From Candidatus Saliniplasma halalkaliphilum (GTDB lineage: Archaea > Thermoplasmatota > Thermoplasmata > Halarchaeoplasmatales > Halarchaeoplasmataceae), in contig JAFDTG010000001.1 in the NCBI GenBank assembly GCA_019594235.1, positions 5,722-69,721 of the forward strand: 64,000 nucleotides of DNA, read 5' to 3'. Positions 9,796 through 18,576 of the stretch are shown here, one piece after another. The notes beneath the pieces are model-generated. The model did not search any database. It was given only the letters and a program-made list of their open reading frames with translations, and was not told where the DNA came from. Each line of letters begins with the position of its first letter. Within the stretch, counting starts at the first letter, position 1. Both the position numbers and the translations under genes were made by a program.

Positions 9796-10302
9796 TTGTC
9801 ACTATCTATACCAGAGTCCTGCTTCATATCTAAAAGTAGTACTATAATCGGAGATGTCGACTTAGGCGAGGGATGCAGTATATGGCCTAATGCAGTCCTA
9901 AGAGGAGATCAGAATTTTATCAAGATCCAGGACGGGACGAATATCCAAGATTGTGCCGTAGTTCATGTCGATGAAGAACACCACACTATAATCGGTAAAG
10001 ATGTCACCGTAGGACATGGAGCGATAGTTCACGGATGTGAAATCGGGGATGAAACTATTGTTGGTATGAATTCTACCGTTTTATCCGGTGCAGATGTTGG
10101 AAAGGTTTGTATTATAGGTGCAAATGCATTAGTGAGGGAAGATATGGTGATCCCAGATTATAGTATCGCAGTAGGTGTTCCCGCTAAAATAATTAAAGAA
10201 GGGGATGAGAACCTTAGAGAAAAAACCAAGGCTAACGCAGTGCATTATCACCATCTAAGGGACGAGCATAAAGAAGGGGTTTACGAATCTTATAAAGAAT
10301 GA
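9796..10302 (+). CDS. gamma-class carbonic anhydrase / hexapeptide-repeat (LbH) protein
   Basis: 168 aa; hexapeptide repeats with His ligands (VVHVD..HH; VGHGAIVHGC). Confidence 0.75.
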   Translation: MSLSIPESCFISKSSTIIGDVDLGEGCSIWPNAVLRGDQNFIKIQDGTNIQDCAVVHVDEEHHTIIGKDVTVGHGAIVHGCEIGDETIVGMNSTVLSGADVGKVCIIGANALVREDMVIPDYSIAVGVPAKIIKEGDENLREKTKANAVHYHHLRDEHKEGVYESYKE

Positions 10303-10303
10303 G

Positions 10304-10825
10304 TTAGTACTCTATACCTTTTCTCGGACCTATTCCTTTTTCGAATGGATGTTTGATACATTTCATTTCAGTTACAAGTGAAGCTAATTCTAGGATCTCT
10401 TGAGGTGCGTTACGACCTGTTAGAACGATTTCGACGTCCTTATCACCATATTTCTTTAAAAAATCTATAAAATCTTCTAGGTTGAGTAATTCTAGATTTA
10501 AAACAACATTAATTTCATCAAGGATTAGGACATCCCAATCTTCCATCTCTATCGCCTCTATTGCCCTTTCAAAACCTTTCTTGACTTCTAATTTATCTTG
10601 TTCTTTTATTTTTTCATTTTTTATGAAGTCTGAAGTACCGTAGTTTTCGATTTGGATGTTAGGAGTGTTTTTTATGACCTTTCTTTCACCGGTTGATCTT
10701 CCTTTCATAAATTGAATGATCAGAACTTTCATCCCTCTTCCTACTGCTCTAATAGCAAGACCTAATCCAGCACTTGTTTTACCTTTGCCATCTCCAGTAT
10801 ATACCTGAATTAACCCTTTATCCAA
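10304..10825 (-). CDS. cobA: cob(I)yrinic acid a,c-diamide / cob(I)alamin adenosyltransferase (CobA/CobO/BtuR)
   Basis: 173 aa; P-loop GDGKGKTSAGLG and LILDEINV; typical BtuR length. Confidence 0.75.
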   Translation of the reverse strand: MDKGLIQVYTGDGKGKTSAGLGLAIRAVGRGMKVLIIQFMKGRSTGERKVIKNTPNIQIENYGTSDFIKNEKIKEQDKLEVKKGFERAIEAIEMEDWDVLILDEINVVLNLELLNLEDFIDFLKKYGDKDVEIVLTGRNAPQEILELASLVTEMKCIKHPFEKGIGPRKGIEY

Positions 10826-10860
10826 GTTCTCATCTCCTCATATATTCTAAATCAAATTAT

Positions 10861-11532
10861 TCAATTCCGTTGTAACTTATTTACCTTTTCATAATGATCT
10901 TTAGAATTCGAATATATCATTTTTTTATAATTTGTTTTATCTTCAGATAAATGCTTTAAATATAATAGTGAGGACACAGCAGATAAAATACCACCAAATA
11001 TTAAAGAAGTTGCAAATCCATAACCTATGCTAATTCCGGAGTGATCTAACTCTAAAACAGGAATATATGCAATGTACAATATCGAAAATAGCCACCACAT
11101 AAATAAAGGACTGATTCTATCGATTTTGTCAAATTGATATTTTAAAAGTTTGTATCCTACAAATACAATTACAACCGCATTTATCAAAAACATACCCTCT
11201 AAAATATGTATATTCAATGTGACTAAAAACAGTTCTAAAAAGAATGACACTATAGATAACCCTGCTATGATAAACATCCCTGCAATGAATGCAATAAAAG
11301 TGAACTCATGCTTAGTAAACAATAAAATAAAAGAAAACAAAAACAACAGACCAAGAAATATCAGGATTAACCAAATCACAGGGCTTTTGAAATATTCTTT
11401 AAATAATTGGGAAGTAAGTAAAATGAAAATCAGAGAGATCTCACCAAAAATTAAAAAATTTTTTAGTGGAATTATGTCAGACATTGTGTACAAATTTTCC
11501 TGTAACTCCTCGAACATTTTTAATGTCTCCAT
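10861..11532 (-). CDS. hypothetical polytopic membrane protein
   Basis: 223 aa with about 6 TM helices; no recognisable motif. Confidence 0.4.
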   Translation of the reverse strand: METLKMFEELQENLYTMSDIIPLKNFLIFGEISLIFILLTSQLFKEYFKSPVIWLILIFLGLLFLFSFILLFTKHEFTFIAFIAGMFIIAGLSIVSFFLELFLVTLNIHILEGMFLINAVVIVFVGYKLLKYQFDKIDRISPLFMWWLFSILYIAYIPVLELDHSGISIGYGFATSLIFGGILSAVSSLLYLKHLSEDKTNYKKMIYSNSKDHYEKVNKLQRN

Positions 11533-11590
11533 GATGAAACATAAATCCTAGCCTATTTTAAACTTATTAGAAACCATCGGGATTTATATA

Positions 11591-11764
11591 TCAAATTATA
11601 AAGGGGATGAGTTGAGAAAGTTCACCAAAAATCCACAATGCAATGATTATAACTGCGACTAGGATAAGAACGATAACACATTTTATGAGATGCCATACAA
11701 ACCATACAACTAATATCAATATAAGGATACCAATCAATATCAATATAGGAATTATGACTGCCAT
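11591..11764 (-). CDS. small hydrophobic protein (57 aa, 2 TM), hypothetical
   Basis: ATG 11764 to TGA 11591; absent from the ORF track because it is under 60 aa; MAVIIPILILIGILIL... Confidence 0.25.
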   Translation of the reverse strand: MAVIIPILILIGILILILVVWFVWHLIKCVIVLILVAVIIIALWIFGELSQLIPFII

Positions 11765-11863
11765 ATTTTAGAAAGGTAAATCGGATTATTTAAATGTTTA
11801 TAAACATGATAGCTATTCAGACACCTGAAAGATTTAAATTACACCCTTGATTAGTATTGATAG

Positions 11864-12334
11864 ATGTTAGAAGAATACAAACATTTCACAGTAAAAAAGG
11901 GAATCGGTAAAAATGATGTGTCCACACTAAATGCTATAGATAAAGCATACTTAGATGCTGGAGTAGGCGATCTCAACCTTATTCGAGTTTCTTCTATATT
12001 ACCAAAAGGAACCGACAAAGTAGATCGAGTTGGCGAAGAATTTGGATCGTTTATTCCATGCGTTCTTGCTGAAGCCGTTGGAGTTAAAAATGAAGTAGCT
12101 GCAGGGATCGGTTATGGATTTGATAAAGACGGTGGAGGATACGTTGTTGAACATTCATTGTGCATGCAAGACATCGATATGGAAGAGTTTGATAACCAAA
12201 TAGAAAGGAAAGTCAAAGAGATGGGTAGAATTAGAAATATTGAGTTGGAGAAAGTACAAGTTGAAAGCATCAAAACGAAAATAGAAGCTTCAAAGTACGG
12301 TTGTGCTGTTGCTATACTGGTGTATTTACCATGA
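11864..12334 (+). CDS. pdaD: pyruvoyl-dependent arginine decarboxylase (PdaD)
   Basis: 156 aa; LIRVSSILP contains the Ser-Ser self-cleavage motif of PdaD proenzymes; typical size. Confidence 0.6.
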   Translation: MLEEYKHFTVKKGIGKNDVSTLNAIDKAYLDAGVGDLNLIRVSSILPKGTDKVDRVGEEFGSFIPCVLAEAVGVKNEVAAGIGYGFDKDGGGYVVEHSLCMQDIDMEEFDNQIERKVKEMGRIRNIELEKVQVESIKTKIEASKYGCAVAILVYLP

Positions 12335-12792
12335 GTAGAGAAAGATATGGGATAATCGTATGTCCGGATTGTCAAAATGCACGTTCTGTTGACCTTACCA
12401 ATAAGACAACTAGATGTAACTATTGTGGAAATAGGATGAAGATAAAAAAGATGAATGTGTATTACCAAACAAATTCCCAAAAAGAAGCTGCATGGGCTGT
12501 TGGACGATTGAATGAGAAATTAAAAGGTAAAGAAGAACCTATAAAAGAAAAAAAAGAATCTTCAGATCCATATTATAAAGCGGCGAAAGAATCATCTAAA
12601 GGAGACAATCAGAGAGAAAAGCTTTTGATCTTAGCTAGGATTTTGACCGATGAGTTAGGACAATTTAATAAAGAAGACCTTGAAAAGGTTGCTGAAAAAA
12701 GCGATCTTGGAGATGTAGATACTATTATCAAAAACATTAGAAAAATAGATGATATCTACGAACCGGAGCATGAAGTTTTTAAATCAATTTAG
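12331..12792 (+). CDS. Zn-ribbon protein with lysine-rich C-terminal region (hypothetical)
   Basis: CPDC...CNYC ribbon; start ATG 12331 overlaps the pdaD stop (ATGA); the ORF track's upstream M at 12301 would overlap pdaD by 34 nt. Confidence 0.45.
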   Translation: MSRERYGIIVCPDCQNARSVDLTNKTTRCNYCGNRMKIKKMNVYYQTNSQKEAAWAVGRLNEKLKGKEEPIKEKKESSDPYYKAAKESSKGDNQREKLLILARILTDELGQFNKEDLEKVAEKSDLGDVDTIIKNIRKIDDIYEPEHEVFKSI

Positions 12793-14324
12793 AACCTTTT
12801 AACCATATAATGTCCCTCAAGCTCATACCCTAAATACCTATAGTACTCTCTTGCACCGACTCCACTTATTACACGTAAGCGATCTGCTTCTGATGCCGCA
12901 ATTTTTTCACATTCTTCGACTAGTTTTTTCCCGATCCCTTTGTGTTGGTACTTTTCCCCTTTTTTTTGCACAGGTGTCATCGAACCCACTACTTTTAACT
13001 CCCGTATAATTGGTGAGTTAGAGTCACAAATTCTTAGTCTTGAATAACCTATGATTATTGAATCAACACCTATTTCTAAAAAGTACTCTCGACCATCAGA
13101 TGCTCTGTAATTAATTACTTTCATTTCGATATCTGAAATATTAATATCTTTATTGGAATGTCCCGCCTCTCTGCACCTGATACAGTCACAATCAAGACCC
13201 ATATCCTTCAATTCTCTTCTGGCATATTGACGAAGATTACTTTTTTTCACACCTGCATCCACCAAAGGGGATGGAATGTCTCTCTGAACTCTTTGAATTC
13301 GTACATAGGGGGGTACTAATGATTTCATTTTAGCTACCAAGTTAGAAGCTTCTTCTGTGGTCATAGGATTATAATCACCATCTTTCCACCTCTCGTATAA
13401 TTCAGTTCCCTCCACGACTAAAGTTGGATAAATCTTTAACATGTCTGGTTTAAAACTTCCATCCTCAAATAATCTTTTAAACTCTTTTAGATCATCTTGA
13501 CTATTACTTCCAGGAAGACCAGGCATCATATGGTAACATACTTTGAATCCTCTTTCTTTGGCTAACTTAGTTGATTCGATAGTATCTTTCACTGTATGTC
13601 CCCTATGAATATTGTCTAATAATTCATCTCTCAAACTTTGTACCCCTAGCTCAACTCTAGTTGCACCCAATTCCAGCATCCGATCAATTTGCTGTTCTTT
13701 ACAATAATCAGGTCTGGTTTCTATGGTTAGACCGATGCATCTTATGTCAGAGGTCTCATTGATTTTTTTGGCTTCATCTAAAGAATTTGATACAGAGCCA
13801 TTCAATCCATCCAAACATCCTTTAACAAAACTCTTTTGATACTCCCATTCCCTAGCTGGGAAGGTTCCTCCCATGACGATAAGGTCTACTTTATCTGTTT
13901 TGTGACCTATAGCTTCGTATTGACGTAATCTATCCTCCACCTGCCTTTTTGGATCAAACTCGTTCCTCTCGGCCCTAAGAGCGGCCGGTTCTTTACCTGT
14001 GTAAGATTGAGGAGAAGGTTTTTCTTTATTTGGTCCTCCGGGACACATGATACATTTTCCGTGAGGACACTCCGCTGGAGAAGTCATACAGGCAACCACA
14101 GTTACACCCGATTTCTTCCTAGCCGGTTTCCTTTGTAGTACGGAGATTACTTCTTTCTTTTTTATACTATCAACTTCTTCAACATATTTTAACAATTCAG
14201 AATTCCTAGGAAGTTCGGATATGCCAAATTCTTTACAATATTTCATCTTGGCTTTCTGTAATTCATTGGGTGTACTAATCTCGCCAGAGTATATGTCCTC
14301 TAGGATTTTCTTTAAATGCTGCAT
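12789..14324 (-). CDS. elp3: Elp3-family radical-SAM/GNAT tRNA wobble-uridine modification enzyme
   Basis: 511 aa; radical-SAM Cys cluster CPHGKCIMCPGG; C-terminal GNAT fold (QHKGIGKKL). Confidence 0.85.
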   Translation of the reverse strand: MQHLKKILEDIYSGEISTPNELQKAKMKYCKEFGISELPRNSELLKYVEEVDSIKKKEVISVLQRKPARKKSGVTVVACMTSPAECPHGKCIMCPGGPNKEKPSPQSYTGKEPAALRAERNEFDPKRQVEDRLRQYEAIGHKTDKVDLIVMGGTFPAREWEYQKSFVKGCLDGLNGSVSNSLDEAKKINETSDIRCIGLTIETRPDYCKEQQIDRMLELGATRVELGVQSLRDELLDNIHRGHTVKDTIESTKLAKERGFKVCYHMMPGLPGSNSQDDLKEFKRLFEDGSFKPDMLKIYPTLVVEGTELYERWKDGDYNPMTTEEASNLVAKMKSLVPPYVRIQRVQRDIPSPLVDAGVKKSNLRQYARRELKDMGLDCDCIRCREAGHSNKDINISDIEMKVINYRASDGREYFLEIGVDSIIIGYSRLRICDSNSPIIRELKVVGSMTPVQKKGEKYQHKGIGKKLVEECEKIAASEADRLRVISGVGAREYYRYLGYELEGHYMVKRF

Positions 14325-14466
14325 TTAGTTATCGATTTATCCTTTCTATATAACAATCTTTCCGTTGATTCGTATGTTAAAGGGAAAATGATATATAATC
14401 AATTTATTTAATGTGGAGTTAAGTGGTTGAACGGTCAATTAATGGCTTGTTTCTTCCATCCATAAA

Positions 14467-14540
14467 GGGCTCATAGTCTAGTTGGTTATGACGTCGCCTT
14501 GACATGGCGGAGGTCGCCGGTTCGAATCCGGCTGAGCCCA
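14467..14540 (+). tRNA. tRNA-Val (anticodon GAC)
   Basis: Cloverleaf: acceptor GGGCTCA/TGAGCCC, anticodon loop TTGACAT, T-loop GGTTCGAATCC, discriminator A; CCA not encoded. Confidence 0.85.
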
Positions 14541-14560
14541 TTTTTTCACAAAAAATGGGC
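14536..14560 (+). terminator. palindrome GCCCATTTTTT-CACA-AAAAATGGGC with U-tract at the tRNA-Val 3' end
   Basis: 10-bp inverted repeat including the tRNA 3' end, containing a T6 tract; archaeal oligo-T terminator-like. Confidence 0.35.
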
Positions 14561-14900
14561 AGTTAGAGAGCGTAAGCTTTTCGACAAATAAATTCACTTT
14601 GTTCATTTATTCGTCTTGATCCTCGTTATCACTGCGGATTCTGACGAGCCCATTATAAAATTTTATATTTTTAGTGGGGTAAGAGAATACGTCAGTATTC
14701 TTGAGAGCCCATTATAAATTTTCATTTAAAAAACATTTCAAACTATATTTAAAATATGATATAATTCTTTAAACAATACCGTATATCAATTTTATGTATT
14801 TTTTCCATAAAACCTTAACGATACATTTATTAATATCGAAGTAGGTTCTTAATAATGCCGCTCGAGTGTAAAGGGTGTGTATTAGAGCAGGTGAGATAGG

Positions 14901-15854
14901 TTGTATGAATATGAATTTAAGGTAGGAAAGAAAGTAGATTCTGTTAATATAGTTAATATATGCCCTGAATGCGGCAGTCAAAATATAATCTTAGATTATC
15001 AACATGGAGATCTTTTGTGTAACAAATGTGGTCTGATATTAGATGAATTATACCTTTATCAAGGGGACGAGTGGTTATCAAACGATTCTGACGAAGATAA
15101 TCACAAAATAAGAACAGGACCACCTGAAAATCCAAGAGTCTTCGATAAAGGTTTAACAACAGAAATTGACAATAAAAACAAGGATTCATACGGAAAACCC
15201 ATTTCCAATCAAAATCGTTCCCAATTATATAGATTGAGAAAATGGCAAAAAAGATTGAGAGCATCGAATGCCTTAGAAAAGAATTTGAAAAAAGCTTTTC
15301 GAGAAATAGATAGGATCGGTTCTGTATTGGGCTTGTCCAATCAAATGAGAGAAGAAGCTTGTCATCTATATAAAAAAGCGGTTAAAAAGAACTTGATACG
15401 AGGTAGAAGTATCAACTGTATAGCTTCATCCTGTATATACACGACTTGCAGACAAGTAGGAAAACCAAGAACTATGGAAGAAATATCAAGTGTAACTTTA
15501 CTCGATAAAAGAGATATAGGTAGAACATATCGATTTCTTTGCAGAGAACTAGAACTAAAAATAGAACCAACTAGATCCCAGGAATATATCGAAAGATATT
15601 GTAACGAATTAGATTTGAATGTCGATGTTATTAAAGACGCTAAGGAAATACTAAATGAAGCTGAGGTGGGTGAGATTTTATCTGGGAAAAGTCCATCAGG
15701 TTTAGCGGCAGCAGCAATATATATTTCAGCAAAGAATAAAAAAATAAAAATAACCCAAAAGAAAATTGCTGATGTGAGTTCTGTTACTGAAGTAACAATC
15801 CGTAACAGATATAAAGAACTCGTTGAAAAACTCAATATGAAAACACTATTCTAA
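14901..15854 (+). CDS. tfb: transcription initiation factor TFB (TFIIB homologue)
   Basis: 317 aa; N-terminal Zn ribbon CPECGS..CNKCG; two cyclin-fold repeats. Confidence 0.9.
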   Translation: MYEYEFKVGKKVDSVNIVNICPECGSQNIILDYQHGDLLCNKCGLILDELYLYQGDEWLSNDSDEDNHKIRTGPPENPRVFDKGLTTEIDNKNKDSYGKPISNQNRSQLYRLRKWQKRLRASNALEKNLKKAFREIDRIGSVLGLSNQMREEACHLYKKAVKKNLIRGRSINCIASSCIYTTCRQVGKPRTMEEISSVTLLDKRDIGRTYRFLCRELELKIEPTRSQEYIERYCNELDLNVDVIKDAKEILNEAEVGEILSGKSPSGLAAAAIYISAKNKKIKITQKKIADVSSVTEVTIRNRYKELVEKLNMKTLF

Positions 15855-15980
15855 TTATTTTGATTCTACTATTTTTAAATGTTTGATTTGATTTTTAAAA
15901 AAGGTTTATAAGATACATTTCATTTTTCAACACTTAAGGAGATATCAAATAGATGAATGAAAAAAGACGGAGGTACTTAG

Positions 15981-18575
15981 ATGTCAGATAGAACACCCAT
16001 GATGAAGCAGTACTACAAACTGAAAAATCAGTACCCCGATTCAATCCTTTTCTTTCGGATGGGGGATTTTTACGAGATGTTCGATGAAGACGCTAAATTA
16101 GTAGCAAAGGAACTAGACATAGCCTTAACAACTAGAGATAAAGGAAAAGATGATCCAATACCTATGGCTGGTGTTCCATATCACTCCGTAGATTCTTACC
16201 TTCAAAGACTTATAAAAAATGGATACACAGTTGCAATTGCTGAACAGGTCGAAGATCCAAAACAAGCTAAGGGACTAGTTGATAGAGAAGTTGTAAGAGT
16301 AGTAACACCAGGAACTGTAATTGATGAGGGATTACTTGACGATTCTAGTAATAATTTTTTAATAGGGATAGCAGGTGACGGTCCTTACGGACTGGCTGCA
16401 GTGGATATATCTACAGGTGACTTTTTAGTCACTCAATTAGATGATGAAAAGGCTCTTGTTTCAGAAATAGTACGATATGAGCCTTCGGAATGCATATTAT
16501 CATCGAGCTTGATCAATGAGGAACAGTTTGTAGAAAAGCTGAGGCAGGAAGTTTCAATGATGATAAATAAATACAAAGACGAAGCATTCAGATTCCATCC
16601 TGCTGAATTAAAACTATTGGATCAGTTCGGTACAGAATCCTTGGAACCTCTTGGAATTAGTGATAAAAAACAAGCTGTAAGAGCGGCTGGAGCAGTCTTA
16701 GATTATCTTGAGGATACACAAAAAAGAACAATGGACTACATACAAAGACTACAATTTTATTCTCATGATGATTACATGACTTTGGATGCTACAACGTTAA
16801 AAAATTTAGAAATTTTTCAAAATTTACGTGAAGGAGGGAAAAAGGGAACTTTGCTTGAAATCATGGACGACACAGTAACTTCAATGGGTTACAGAAGGTT
16901 GAAAAAGTGGCTGCAACAGCCCTTACTTGATATCGATTTGATTGAAGAGAGATTAAAAGCAGTTCAGGAACTTAAAGATGAAATTTTTCTAAGGGACGAT
17001 CTTAGAAATCAGATGGACGGTATGTCAGATATAGAAAGGTTGATCAGCAGAGTGGTTTACGGAAACGCCAATGCTAGAGACCTGATTTCTATAAAGAACG
17101 TTTTAGGTAAATTGCAGCCCCTTCTAGAAATTTTAGATGATGTGAAAAGTGATTATTTACTCAATTTAAAAAAATCTTTAGACCCTATGGAAGACATCTG
17201 GAAACTAATCGATGACTCTATAATTAACGACCCTCCTAATACCGTTAAGGAAGGCGGCATTATAAAAGAAGGCTTCGACGATGATCTAGATGAGCTTAAA
17301 AGGAAAACAAAGGGGGGTAAAGAATGGATAAGTTCACTGGAAAGAAAAGAAAAAGATAAAACTGGGATCGAAACCTTAAAAGTTGGATACAATAAAGTCC
17401 ATGGTTACTACATAGAGGTACCAAAATCCCAGGATGATAAGGTTCCAGAGAACTATTCTAGAAAACAAACTTTGAAAAACAGCGAAAGATATTATACTGA
17501 AGAACTAAAAGATAAAGAAGAGGAGATAATCAGTTCGGAAGAAAAGATGGAGGCCTTTGAATACGAAATATTCAAAGAGATTCGAGAAGGGGCAGGTAGT
17601 CATTCAGAAAGGTTCCAAAAAACTGCAGAAGTGCTCTCTAAATTGGATGTTATTACTACGTTCGCTCATCTTGCGGTTAGAAATGATTACAATCGCCCTG
17701 ATATCGGAGAAGACGGTAGATTAGACATAAATGAGGGAAGGCATCCAGTAGTTGAAAAAACAGTGGATAGTTTTATTCCGAACGATGCACTTCTAGATAA
17801 GGAAAACAACAGATATATCATAATCACTGGACCTAATATGTCGGGTAAATCAACATATATGAGACAGAACGCATTGATTACGTTGTTAGCCCACGTAGGA
17901 AGTTTCGTTCCTGCCGAGAAAGCCCACATCGGGATCGTTGATAGAATATTTACCCGGGTTGGATCTTTAGATGCTTTGACTAGGGGTAAATCCACATTCA
18001 TGGTTGAAATGGTGGAGCTAGCTAACATATTACATAATGCATCCCAGGATAGTTTGATTTTGCTTGATGAAATAGGAAGTGGTACGAGCACATTCGATGG
18101 GCTGAGTATTGCCTGGGCTGTAACAGAGTATATCAATAAAAATATCAAAGCGAAAACGCTTTTTGCAACTCACTACCATGAGATAACAGAACTCGAAAAA
18201 TCTCTAAAAGGAGTTAAAAATTTACATGTTGCAGTTAAAGAAAGTGAGGGAGATGTAACATTTTTGAGGAAAGTAAGAGAAGGACACACCGACGAAAGTT
18301 ATGGTATCCATGTAGCATCTCTAGCAGGTGTGCCTAATCCAGTTGTTGAACGTTCTATGGAAGTGCTGAATCAAATAGAAGAGGACCACACTATAAAGAT
18401 GGAAACTCAAGATAGTCCTAAATTCAAACAGGTTGTTTTCGACCCCAATACTGGAGAAACATCTTCAGAAAGTCATCCTGTTATTGAAGAGTTAAAAAAG
18501 ATGGATATAGAGAATATGACTCCTATGGAAGCTATGAACGAACTTTGGAGACTTAGAAAGGAGGCGGAGGATTAA
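15981..18575 (+). CDS. mutS: DNA mismatch repair protein MutS (MutS1 type)
   Basis: 864 aa; N-terminal TPMMKQYYKLK..FFRMGDFYEMF mismatch-binding motif; Walker A GPNMSGKST. Confidence 0.9.
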   Translation: MSDRTPMMKQYYKLKNQYPDSILFFRMGDFYEMFDEDAKLVAKELDIALTTRDKGKDDPIPMAGVPYHSVDSYLQRLIKNGYTVAIAEQVEDPKQAKGLVDREVVRVVTPGTVIDEGLLDDSSNNFLIGIAGDGPYGLAAVDISTGDFLVTQLDDEKALVSEIVRYEPSECILSSSLINEEQFVEKLRQEVSMMINKYKDEAFRFHPAELKLLDQFGTESLEPLGISDKKQAVRAAGAVLDYLEDTQKRTMDYIQRLQFYSHDDYMTLDATTLKNLEIFQNLREGGKKGTLLEIMDDTVTSMGYRRLKKWLQQPLLDIDLIEERLKAVQELKDEIFLRDDLRNQMDGMSDIERLISRVVYGNANARDLISIKNVLGKLQPLLEILDDVKSDYLLNLKKSLDPMEDIWKLIDDSIINDPPNTVKEGGIIKEGFDDDLDELKRKTKGGKEWISSLERKEKDKTGIETLKVGYNKVHGYYIEVPKSQDDKVPENYSRKQTLKNSERYYTEELKDKEEEIISSEEKMEAFEYEIFKEIREGAGSHSERFQKTAEVLSKLDVITTFAHLAVRNDYNRPDIGEDGRLDINEGRHPVVEKTVDSFIPNDALLDKENNRYIIITGPNMSGKSTYMRQNALITLLAHVGSFVPAEKAHIGIVDRIFTRVGSLDALTRGKSTFMVEMVELANILHNASQDSLILLDEIGSGTSTFDGLSIAWAVTEYINKNIKAKTLFATHYHEITELEKSLKGVKNLHVAVKESEGDVTFLRKVREGHTDESYGIHVASLAGVPNPVVERSMEVLNQIEEDHTIKMETQDSPKFKQVVFDPNTGETSSESHPVIEELKKMDIENMTPMEAMNELWRLRKEAED

Positions 18576-18576
18576 A

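Noticed and set aside
11150-11551. 133-aa plus-strand ORF
   Set aside because: It lies entirely antisense to a well-formed polytopic membrane protein gene and has an N/K/I-rich composition typical of antisense AT-rich artefacts.
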